From NCBI GenBank assembly GCA_029263375.1, contig JAJCXP010000366.1, positions 2,402 through 66,401 of the forward strand: a DNA stretch of 64,000 nt. Direction: 5' to 3'. Position numbers and translations under genes: made by a program. The notes below the pieces were generated by a model. It made no database searches, had not been told where the DNA came from, and saw only the letters and a list, made by a program, of their open reading frames with translations. The DNA comes from Acidobacteriota bacterium. GTDB taxonomy: Bacteria > Acidobacteriota > Thermoanaerobaculia > Multivoradales > JAHEKO01. Positions 28,437-37,200 of the stretch are shown here, piece by piece. Every line of letters starts with the position of its first letter. Within the stretch, counting starts at the first letter, position 1.

Positions 28437-28587
28437 GGACTACCAGTCGGCCTCGAGACTCTCGATAACATGTAGTTGTCAGAGTGACTTGCTAGGCGCC
28501 GAACTGGGACTTGGTCATTCAATGGGCGAGTTCATCCGCTCATCCTCCCGCCCCCCCAGTGGGCGAACGGAGCGGGGCCGCGCCGGA

Positions 28588-28854
28588 CTATGTCTCGGGT
28601 AAAGGGTGACGGGGCCACAGCACCAAGATGAGATCCGTGCGCGAAACGTGAGTGTAGGACTGCGTTGTCGTGATCGACGCGTGGCCGAGTAGCTCCTGGA
28701 CCATTCGGAGATCAACGCCGTTCCCCAGAGGGAGAGTAGCTGCAGTGTGGCGGAGCCAGGTGAGGCGACCCTTGGTTGCGGTGGCCCGGCTGACGCGAGC
28801 ACCGGGCAACGCTATATGTCGCCCGAGGAGGGCAAGTGCGTCGAGAGTACGCAT
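28588..28854 (-). pseudogene. XerC/D-like tyrosine recombinase remnant (C-terminus only)
   Basis: [35 protein letters not shown]-terminal part missing. Confidence 0.8.
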
Positions 28855-28858
28855 CGGC

Positions 28859-28886
28859 TTGACAACCCCCTCCCCGCGCGTAATGT
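28859..28886 (+). promoter_or_regulatory. Putative promoter of the radC operon
   Basis: TTGACA-16 nt-TAATGT. Confidence 0.4.
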
Positions 28887-28944
28887 GAAATCAGCCTAGT
28901 TCCTTCCCACCCCTCCCCCACAACCACCCAGGAAAGGAGTTCAC

Positions 28945-29658
28945 ATGAGTGAACCGCAGGAGAGTTGCATCTCCAGCGGGCCGCTTCTGGTCCGCGATCT
29001 ACCGCTCGACGAGCGCCCACGCGACCGATTGCTCAATAACGGGAGCGCTTCGCTCTCGGACACGGAGCTGCTGTCGATCTTGCTCCGCACCGGCAGGCCC
29101 GGAGTGTCGTCGATCGACGTCGCTCGCGAGCTTCTGCAGCGCTTCGGAAGCCTCGGAGGTCTCCTTAGCGCAACGCCGGAAGGTCTTCGCCGCCCGGGTC
29201 TCGGGCCCGCGAAGGCCGCAACGGTCCTCGCCGCCCTCGAGCTCGCAAGCCGTCTTGCCAAGGCGGCGCTTCCTGAGCGTGAGCCGATGTCCGCTCCCGC
29301 CGAAGTGGCGCGCTATCTCGCGCTTCGCTACGGCCTGAGCGACCAGGAGGTCATGGGTGGGCTGTACCTTGACACCCGCAATCGACTCCTCGCCGAGCGC
29401 GAGATCTATCGCGGCACCCTCAACCGGGCCGCGGCCGAGCCGCGAGCCGTCTTGAAGCAGGGCCTGCTCCGCGACGCAGCGGGCGTGGTCCTCTTCCACA
29501 CGCATCCGAGTGGCGATCCCTCGCCCAGCGCGGAGGATCTCGCCTTCACCCGCCGTCTGGCGGAAGCCGGTGAGACGGTCGGTATCCGACTCGTCGATCA
29601 CCTGATCCTCGGCACCGGCGGCCGCTGGGTTTCGCTCAGACAGCGCGGCACCCTCTAG
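28945..29658 (+). CDS. radC: RadC-family JAB/MPN domain protein
   Basis: ERPRDRL, LSDTELL, GLGPAKA, HTHPSGDPSPSAED, LVDHLI. Confidence 0.93.
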   Translation: MSEPQESCISSGPLLVRDLPLDERPRDRLLNNGSASLSDTELLSILLRTGRPGVSSIDVARELLQRFGSLGGLLSATPEGLRRPGLGPAKAATVLAALELASRLAKAALPEREPMSAPAEVARYLALRYGLSDQEVMGGLYLDTRNRLLAEREIYRGTLNRAAAEPRAVLKQGLLRDAAGVVLFHTHPSGDPSPSAEDLAFTRRLAEAGETVGIRLVDHLILGTGGRWVSLRQRGTL

Positions 29659-29700
29659 CCGCCACCTCACACCCAATCAGCAACCGAAAGGAGGTTCCCC

Positions 29701-30006
29701 TTGGGCGAGCCACAGGAGAAGTGTGTCCAGAGCAAACCCCTCTTCCCGCTCGGTCGCGTTGTGGCCACGCCGGGAGTGCTCGCGGCCCTCGAGGCCGCGG
29801 GCGAGCTCCCGCACGGCTACCTCGCGCGACACGTTCGGGGCGAGTGGGGCGACATCCCGGAAGAGGATCGCAAGGAGAACGAACTCTCGCTGCGCGAGGG
29901 CTTCCGGATCCTCTCCGCCTACCGCACCCGCCTCGGCACCCGGCTCTGGGTGATCACCGAGGCCGATCGCTCGTCGACCTGTTTCCTCCTGCCGGAGGAG
30001 TACTGA
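29701..30006 (+). CDS. Small conserved plasmid/ICE-associated hypothetical protein
   Basis: FPLGRVVATPG..RHVRGEWGD..RILSAY..WVITEADRSST.FLLPEEY; AAAGGAGG RBS before TTG. Confidence 0.8.
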   Translation: MGEPQEKCVQSKPLFPLGRVVATPGVLAALEAAGELPHGYLARHVRGEWGDIPEEDRKENELSLREGFRILSAYRTRLGTRLWVITEADRSSTCFLLPEEY

Positions 30007-30035
30007 ACGTCCATCCACCTGAAAGGAGGTACCCC

Positions 30036-31052
30036 ATGCCGAAAGAGGCACGGAAGCCGTCGACCTACGTCGACTTCAAGGAGGTGAAGGCCGCCGTCAC
30101 GATCGAGGCCGTTCTCGAGCGCTACGAGCTGCTCGACGACCTCGAGCCCAAGGACGACGGCTACACCGGTGATTGCCCCTTCCACGAGGGCGAGAGCGAG
30201 CGGCCGTTTCACGTCTCGCTGTCCAAGAACGCCTGGTACTGCTTCGGCTGTGAGGAGGGCGGCAACGTCCTCGACTTCGTCGCTCAGATGGAGGACGTCT
30301 CCATCAAGGGGGCGGCTCAGCTTCTGGCGGAGTGGTTCGAGGTGGAGTCGACCCGGAAAGGGTCGAAACGGCGTCGTGGCAAGCCGAAGGCCGTTGAGGC
30401 CGACCCGGAGGGTTCAGAGCCAGAAAGCGAGGCCTTGAGCGGCTCTCAGGAGGCCGAAGCTGAGCGCCCTGAGCCGACCGAGAAGGCCTCCGACGCAGAT
30501 CCCGGCGCCCCCGAGTTCAGCAATCGACCGCTAGGCTTCAGCCTCAAAAACCTCGACCCCGGCCACGAGATGCTCGAGCCGCTCGGTTTCGACCGGGCGA
30601 CCGTCGAGCACTTCGAAGCCGGCTACTGCGGCAACGGGATGATGAAGGGTCGCCTGGCGATCCCGATTCACTCCTTCAACGGCGAGCTTCTGGCCTACGC
30701 TGGGAGGGCTCTGGACGGCGACGCCGGGTACAAATACCCGCCGAAGTTCGATCGGAGTCTGGAGCTCTACAACCTGCACCGGGCTATCGAGCCGGCTCAG
30801 GCCGAGGGGCTCATGCTGGTCAGCGACGTCCTCGAGGTCTGGCGGCTGTCCGTAGCCGGCCACGCCAACGCCGTTGCCCTCATGGGCGACGAGATGAGCG
30901 CGGAGCAGGAGGCGCTCCTAACATCGTTCGCCGGCGAGTCGGCGCGAGTTCTAGTTCTTTGGCCTGAGACGGCCGGGCGCGATGCCATCGTCGCTCGTCT
31001 CGTGTCTCAGGTGTACGTGCAGACGATGGAGCTCGAAGAGTTCCTCGCCTGA
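30036..31052 (+). CDS. CHC2 zinc-finger DNA primase-like protein
   Basis: CPFH..WYCFGC, GRLAIPIH..AYAGRAL, degenerate Toprim (LVSDVLE..AVALMG); AAAGGAGG RBS. Confidence 0.85.
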   Translation: MPKEARKPSTYVDFKEVKAAVTIEAVLERYELLDDLEPKDDGYTGDCPFHEGESERPFHVSLSKNAWYCFGCEEGGNVLDFVAQMEDVSIKGAAQLLAEWFEVESTRKGSKRRRGKPKAVEADPEGSEPESEALSGSQEAEAERPEPTEKASDADPGAPEFSNRPLGFSLKNLDPGHEMLEPLGFDRATVEHFEAGYCGNGMMKGRLAIPIHSFNGELLAYAGRALDGDAGYKYPPKFDRSLELYNLHRAIEPAQAEGLMLVSDVLEVWRLSVAGHANAVALMGDEMSAEQEALLTSFAGESARVLVLWPETAGRDAIVARLVSQVYVQTMELEEFLA

Positions 31053-31057
31053 ACGAC

Positions 31058-31090
31058 AAACGCCCCCAACTTCGGGGGCGCTTTTCTTTA
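31058..31090. terminator. Intrinsic terminator between convergent genes
   Basis: AAA-CGCCCCC-aacttc-GGGGGCG-CTTTTCTTT. Confidence 0.7.
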
Positions 31091-31765
31091 TGCGGTGTCG
31101 GTCTGCCGATCCGGCGGCTCGAGGCGAAGGAGCTTCTCCTCCAACTTCCCCACCATGCGATTGGACTCGGCAACACGGTCGACGAGCAGCCGTTGCTCCT
31201 CAACGAGCTTCGTCCTGTCCTCTTCAAGTCGCTGGATGAAGTAGTCCTTCCCCTTGTTTGTGATCGTCAGATCGATGATCTTCTGTCTCAGCCCCTTCAC
31301 GTCAGCCGTGTCCTCTGCCTCGCTTGGGGACGGCCTGGAGGGCAAGCTGGCTGAAGGCCCAGGTCGCGCCCCGGCCTTCGCCAGCTCTTCCTGAATCGCG
31401 CGTTCGACGCTCGCCAGCGTGATGAAGTGCTTGCGCTCGTTCGGATCAAAGTAGCTGTCTAGCCGGCTCATACCGGCCGCGTCCTTCCGGCACCAGTTGA
31501 TGACGCTGCGCTCCGTCCGCGCGACCCTAGCGTCCTCGAACATCCTCGCAACCTCTTTCACCGTGAGCGTATGGCTCTCACGAGCTTCGGCGTCGTTCGG
31601 AAGCGTGCGGAACGCTTCGGAAGTCTGCGGAACCGTGCGGAGGTCTTCCGAACCCTGCGGAACGCTGCGGAAGTCTTCCGAATCGTTCCGAACGTTGTTG
31701 GAGTCTTGTGGAGAGTCTGAAGACATGGATGTTGATGACTCCATTGTAGGGAGATGGCGCGGCAA
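31088..31765 (-). CDS. HTH plus coiled-coil protein, candidate single-protein partition factor
   Basis: LTVKEVARMF..TERSVINWC HTH-like segment; heptad-rich C-terminus; divergent from the rep gene. Start uncertain. Confidence 0.7.
   Translation of the reverse strand: MPRHLPTMESSTSMSSDSPQDSNNVRNDSEDFRSVPQGSEDLRTVPQTSEAFRTLPNDAEARESHTLTVKEVARMFEDARVARTERSVINWCRKDAAGMSRLDSYFDPNERKHFITLASVERAIQEELAKAGARPGPSASLPSRPSPSEAEDTADVKGLRQKIIDLTITNKGKDYFIQRLEEDRTKLVEEQRLLVDRVAESNRMVGKLEEKLLRLEPPDRQTDTA
31581..31692. repeat. Array of ~11 degenerate 10-bp tandem repeats
   Basis: aagcgtgcgg aacgcttcgg aagtctgcgg aaccgtgcgg aggtcttccg aaccctgcgg aacgctgcgg aagtcttccg aatcgttccg; consensus AAnnnTKCSG. Confidence 0.85.
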
Positions 31766-31776
31766 CGCAACGCCAG

Positions 31777-31785
31777 TTATCCACA
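31777..31785 (+). promoter_or_regulatory. Consensus DnaA box
   Basis: TTATCCACA between the HTH/coiled-coil gene and the rep gene. Confidence 0.5.
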
Positions 31786-31831
31786 GTGCAGGCCGGGCTT
31801 CCGAAGCGCATACTGAGAACCACTACAAACC

Positions 31832-32602
31832 GTGTCAGAACACTTCAACCGACAATTTTGGATGCTCGATTTTCGGCTCTTGACGAACCGGGCTTTTCTC
31901 CGCTTCATCGGCACCAGCGAGTTCGCCACCTTCCTCGTTCTCCTTCGCCACGTCTGGCGAGGCGACGTAGAGCACTACATGGGGCTTCGGCAGATGTACC
32001 GCGACAAGCGAAAGCTCGCCTCGTCCCTCACTCGAAAGAAGATCGCCGAATACACCGGCATCGCCGAGGACAACATCTCCCGCCACCTGACGGCACTCCA
32101 GAAGAAAAGCATCATCCAGATCGAGCGCACTGGCAGGCAGAACATCTTTGTCCTAGGCGAGTGGATCGACGTCAAGGGAGATGGCTCCCATCGCGGCGTC
32201 GAGTGGTTTTTCATCGACGGCGTATTTGGGGTCTCCAAGGACGATCTGACGAATTCGTCAGATCAGTCCCGACGCTCAGCGTCAGGTCTGACCAGTCGCC
32301 AAGCGTCAGACACTAATAGAGAAGAGAATAGAGAAAGAACCGTTGGAGGAAACGGTGGCTTGAAAGACCTCCCTGACCTCGAACAGCCAGGAGCCAAGAC
32401 GAACTACATAGCGGACGTGATCCTCCGGGAGCTCGGAGATCAGCATTCGGCAGCATTCTACAGGCTCGTAGCCAGGAAAGTACCGGAACCCGCAATCCGT
32501 CGAGCCCTGGCGGAGATTCGTGCAGACGGCGCAGACCATCCGGCGAAGGTCTTCACGCATCGGATGATGAGATTCGCTCGCGAGGTGAGCCTGGGAGCTT
32601 GA
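31832..32602 (+). CDS. Putative replication initiator (winged-HTH, replisome organiser-like)
   Basis: SLTRKKIAEYTGIAEDNISRHLTALQKKSII wHTH; central low-complexity segment encoded by palindromes; helical C-terminus. Confidence 0.65.
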   Translation: MSEHFNRQFWMLDFRLLTNRAFLRFIGTSEFATFLVLLRHVWRGDVEHYMGLRQMYRDKRKLASSLTRKKIAEYTGIAEDNISRHLTALQKKSIIQIERTGRQNIFVLGEWIDVKGDGSHRGVEWFFIDGVFGVSKDDLTNSSDQSRRSASGLTSRQASDTNREENRERTVGGNGGLKDLPDLEQPGAKTNYIADVILRELGDQHSAAFYRLVARKVPEPAIRRALAEIRADGADHPAKVFTHRMMRFAREVSLGA

Positions 32603-32806
32603 ATAGCAAAGACAGAATCGGTTGGCGTACCAAGCTGGGGCTCGGTGTCCGTGCTGTAGGAGAACGGCGTAGAAGACCGGTTTGGTGGGAGACCGAAAAA
32701 CCAATCAGAGACTCACAGGCCGTGATGCCGGCTCCATGGAACAGCGGGCAAGTGGCTCGCTGGGGCCAGCTTCGCGCCGAGCGCGTACGTATAGGATTGT
32801 GGTGCT

Positions 32807-33232
32807 TTGAGCATTAGACAGCTTGCAGAACTGACCGAAACTCTCCCCAGGGTGACCCGCGACGATGTGATGGGCTACGCCCGCAGCGTGGAACGTGTGC
32901 TTCCTGGCATCTTCAGGGATGCGCGAGTCAGGTACGAGGAGCAGCTGGCGAGTGATCTCGTGTTCTTGGCCGGGGTAAAAAGGCTATACGAAGTTGTCTC
33001 GTCCACCTATTGGTTGGCAGACAATTCGCTGGCGGCGACAGGTCGCAACGAAAGGCCAACCGAGGCCGCGGTTGTCGGCTCCTTGGTGCTGCGTCGAGGC
33101 ACAGGGTTTCACAGGGCCATCGGCCGTCTGCTTGGGGACCTGGAGGAAGTGCTCTCGGAGCTTGAACTGCGAGGTCTGATTCGGGAGCGAAGCCTCACGG
33201 TAGTCCTCCGCGAGCTGGCAGATGGACACTGA
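32807..33232 (+). CDS. Hypothetical helical protein
   Basis: 141-aa ORF with TTG start; overlaps the next gene by 11 nt. Confidence 0.55.
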   Translation: MSIRQLAELTETLPRVTRDDVMGYARSVERVLPGIFRDARVRYEEQLASDLVFLAGVKRLYEVVSSTYWLADNSLAATGRNERPTEAAVVGSLVLRRGTGFHRAIGRLLGDLEEVLSELELRGLIRERSLTVVLRELADGH

Positions 33233-33920
33233 GCAGCTCAAAAGCCAGTTGAAGGGACTCGTCAAGCACCATCGCGAGGTTTTCTCTGAGATTCCCTCAC
33301 GACGGAGCGCGCTTCTTGAGCTGGCGGCGTTTGTTGGCGTCCGCGAACACTATCGCTCGAATGGCTTCGAAGTAGAGACCGTTAACCCTGGCGCCAGCGC
33401 CGTGCTGAAACTCAAGACCTTCAGCAGGGGACATCCCTGGAACTACAGTCGAGCCGTTCTGACCAAGGGCAGGCTCTGCGCAGAGGTGCATTCCAACCTG
33501 ATGACAGAGGGCGCACACGGGGCAGGTCAGTATTGCGTTGACGTTGGCATCTGCAGGGTCGGCCGAGTGCCTGCTGCAAAGCCTAGAAGAGGCTGGCGCT
33601 CTCTTGGGAACAAGGACTTGTTGAGCTTCGTTGAAGTCAAGAGCCTGATGATCTACCCGATGCTCCTCGCGCAGTTCGTCGGCATCGTCCACGAGATCAA
33701 GCCTCGGTTCCTTAGACGGCCAAAGGTGCGTTTGTTCGATCGCTACAACCATCTCCCCCCCAGCTTGCTAGTGCTAGGGCGGTTCTCGGGGACATCTGAC
33801 CAGATCGTGCGGGACTTCATTCAGCGAGGCGTTCAAGTTCACATCGCCGAGCAGTTCGATGGGCGAATGGCCGCCGCTCGGGTCACGCCAGGTCGGTCGC
33901 CTCTCTTCTGGGACGACTAG
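33222..33920 (+). CDS. Hypothetical protein, possible PD-(D/E)xK nuclease
   Basis: ALLELAA..HYRSNGFEV, VDVGI..SFVEVKS motif order. Confidence 0.6.
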   Translation: MDTEQLKSQLKGLVKHHREVFSEIPSRRSALLELAAFVGVREHYRSNGFEVETVNPGASAVLKLKTFSRGHPWNYSRAVLTKGRLCAEVHSNLMTEGAHGAGQYCVDVGICRVGRVPAAKPRRGWRSLGNKDLLSFVEVKSLMIYPMLLAQFVGIVHEIKPRFLRRPKVRLFDRYNHLPPSLLVLGRFSGTSDQIVRDFIQRGVQVHIAEQFDGRMAAARVTPGRSPLFWDD

Positions 33921-34207
33921 CAAAGAAGCCGACCGAGGTACTTCATTGACCCTAGGCTGGATAGACCGTGGGCGGCGCAGAATACCCTCGCCGCGCCGGG
34001 GCGAGAGGTTCGCCGCGGCTCCTCCCACAGATCGACAAGGCGATTCGCTCATCTGCGCCACGCGAACCACGACGGGCCGCTCGCTGCGCTCCGGATCTGC
34101 CCCTTACCCACGCGAAGGGATGATGACCATAGAGACGGTGGACTCGAACCAGATCTAGGTCCCCTTCCTCGTTTCTCACCCCTACGGTCATCGCGTCCTG
34201 ACAGAGA

Positions 34208-37200
34208 TCAGGAATCTGGACCACCCACTGCCGTCTTCGTCGCGCCACCATGCTCCGTCACGCGAGGGCGGCACTTCACTTTGATGGCGCCGTTGCTGAA
34301 AGCCTCATCTGTGGATTGGCTGGACCAGAGGTAGGCCTCGCCCGGCCGGAGGTGGGCCATCTTGTCGGGCGTGAGGCCGCGGAGGGCGGCGTTGGCTTTT
34401 TGGATGTGCTTCAGCCAGGCAGGCGAGTTGAACTTGTGCAGGATTATCTGGCTCGAGAGCTCGATGAGGGAGACAGGCACCGAGGGCGGATCCTGGCTGG
34501 CGACCATGATGCTCGTCCCCTTGTGGCGCATTTCGCGAACCACTTCGACGAGGCCGGCCACCAGGTCCGGGCTCTCGATGTACTTGTGGGCTTCGTCGAA
34601 GACCACCAGCTTGTTGAAGGCCTTCCCGTCGTGCCTCGCATCGGCGAAGAGCTGAAGGAGCACAACGAAGAGGCCCAGCGCCTCGTCCTTCTCGATGAAC
34701 TCGTCACGCAAGTCGACGATGATGAGCCGCCCCGGCCGGATGATCTCGGCAAGGCGGACGCTGTCATCGATGTACTCGGCGGCAAGGTCGAGGCGTAGGC
34801 GTGCCATGTCCTTGAGGTGGTCCGGCAGGGGCGAGCCTTCGATTCCCTGGCGTAGGCTGGCCAATGTGAGGTCGTGGCGGAGCGACTTCATCACGCGATT
34901 CAACAGGCGGATGTAGGTCGCCTGGTTGCCTACAGCGCCCATCAGGAATCGCCAGTGGCTCGTCTGGAGCTCGGCGGCGGCGAACTTCAGGGGTTGGACC
35001 TCGATCCCCTCATACTCGCGGCGGCGTTGGTCGAGCTTGTCCGCAGGCACTAGCAGTACAACGTCTGAGAGGGCCTTGGGTTTAGCGCCGAATCTCTCCC
35101 GCAGTAGCGCGATCTGGCCCTCATTCGAGTTGGGGGCCACCATCGACGTGAACTCGGGCTCGTAGTCCATCGTCGGGCTGTAGTGGAAGATGACCGTCGC
35201 CAGTGGCTGTGGCAGCTCGTTGATGTGCGGGATCGGCAGCGACGCCATCTCGGCGATTGTGCCCAGGGTGTAGGACTTACCGCCTCCCTGGACGCCGAAG
35301 AGGCTGATCGTATGCGTCTCGTTGAGATCGAGGGCGACCTTCCGCGCGGCGAGCTCGCCAAGGATCCCGTACTGGGGGGAGGCGCCCGTAGCGCCAATGA
35401 GCACGTCGTAGGGTGGCCAGTCCCGCACACCCGGAGCCTTGGGCTCTCCAGACGTGGGCGGATCTGGCTCGGCGATCGGGGACGTCGGAACCGAGTCTTC
35501 GTTCGTGAGCTTGTCCAACTCCGGTGTCACGGACTGTGGCTCGGTGGCCGAGGCGACGGTTGGCGGCGCCACAGGTCCGCTTCCACCATCGCGGCCGTCC
35601 GCGGGGTCGCTGTCCTCTGCCTCGGAAGCTGTAGAGGCGAGAGACTCCTCACCCAGGGTGTGGCGTGCTCTCAAATCTTCCCAAGAGACGGAGCGGTCGC
35701 GAGACTGCGCCAAGAAGGCCGCCTCGTCCAGCGCGGGCACAGAAGGCGCCCGCTCTCGGCGCGCCGAGAGTTGGGTGGTGCTGGACGTGCCCGGCCTCAT
35801 GAGGACGACATCCTCCGCGGCGTCGACCGCCACCTCGTCGAGGCTTGGCTCCGGCAACGCAGCATCGATGAGTTGCTGAATGAGGTCAGCGCCGATGCGG
35901 TGGTGCTCGATGCCCGACTCATGCTCGGGCGGCTCCGTCCCCGGCTTGTCGAAGTCGAAGATGATAGCCGCCCGTGTGAAGTCGAGCCGATAGCCGCTCT
36001 CGAGGCTCCTGAGGAAGAACCTGGCCTCATCGGCAGCCGCCTCGCTCATCACGCCGTAGCGAATGGCCCGATCCAAGTAGAACTCGAGCAGGGTGACCAG
36101 TTCGCGCATCTTGACTAGACGGTCCGGGCGATCCACCGGGCCGCGCCGCGGGTCAAAGTGGTAGCCGAGCATCTCCTCGCTCTGGGCGATCTGTTCCGCG
36201 ATGGAGTCCTTGAGCTGGTTGAACGCTCCGATATCGCCAACCTGCTTGTAGCACTTCACCTCGACCAGCCGGCAGGTGATGATCCGCGCCTGCGCGTCGA
36301 GGTCGAACAGCGCGAGGTCGGTGCGCTTGAAGCTGACCTCGTCGCCGAGTTCGTCCGCGCTCTTCTTGAGTGCCCGGTACAGATCGAGGTGGGCGTCGAG
36401 AGGTACTACGATCTGATTCTGAAACACTCCCTGGTGCTCGAGGTACATGCGCGAGAGCGCCAGCCCGAGGGCCTCGGCCCGCTGGCTGGGCGAAGAGATG
36501 AGCTTGAGGGCGAGGCGTCCCGATAGGGACCGCAACTGGTCGAGGATGGCCACCGCGTGACGCCCGTCGGCCTTCAAGCAGTACTCCTCGAGGACTGGCT
36601 TGAGCATCGCTTCGAGTTCGGCGACAGACCGCGAGGTGATGACCAGGCGATGGCCGAGCCCGCCCGCAAGGTCTGGCGAATGGTCGATCAGGTACTCGGG
36701 TCGACCGAAGCGCCCGCCGTGGTCGAAGAACTCGATGCCCATGTTGCGGTCGATGGTCAGGACCCAGTCACTGACCTCGTGGACCTTGTGGAGGATGGCC
36801 CGGTCCTCGGCGTCGAGCACTAGCTTCGTCACGGGCCGCAGGCCTAGCCCCGTCTCGCCGGTCGCGACCGTCGCCGCCGCACTGGAGATGAGCGCCGGCA
36901 CCGTGGAGAGCAGGTCGGTCAGCTCCTCGGCTCCGGCGAGCGGCAAGGCCAAGCCGTGCCTCGGCTGCCGTGCCCAAGCGACCGTCGTCTCGTCCTCCCG
37001 GTAGTCCACCAGGAAGTCCTGCACCAGGCCGTGGATGGGTGCCGTCGCCTCCTCGGCCGAGGCGCGCGCGGCCCCTACCTCCTCTGCTGGAAACAGGTCG
37101 AAAAGCAGCGACAGGTGCGCAGCGTGCTCCTCGGGGGCCCGGCGGAAGTCCGTCGTCGGCCGAATCGCTAACGCGAGCTTCGGCCTTAGATGACTCTCTG

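Noticed and set aside
28588..28854. Functional integron integrase
   Set aside because: Only a short C-terminal fragment; no IntI-specific insertion or complete attC sites were seen.
31581..31692. CRISPR array
   Set aside because: 10-bp degenerate tandem units with no spacers; no cas genes recognised in the window.
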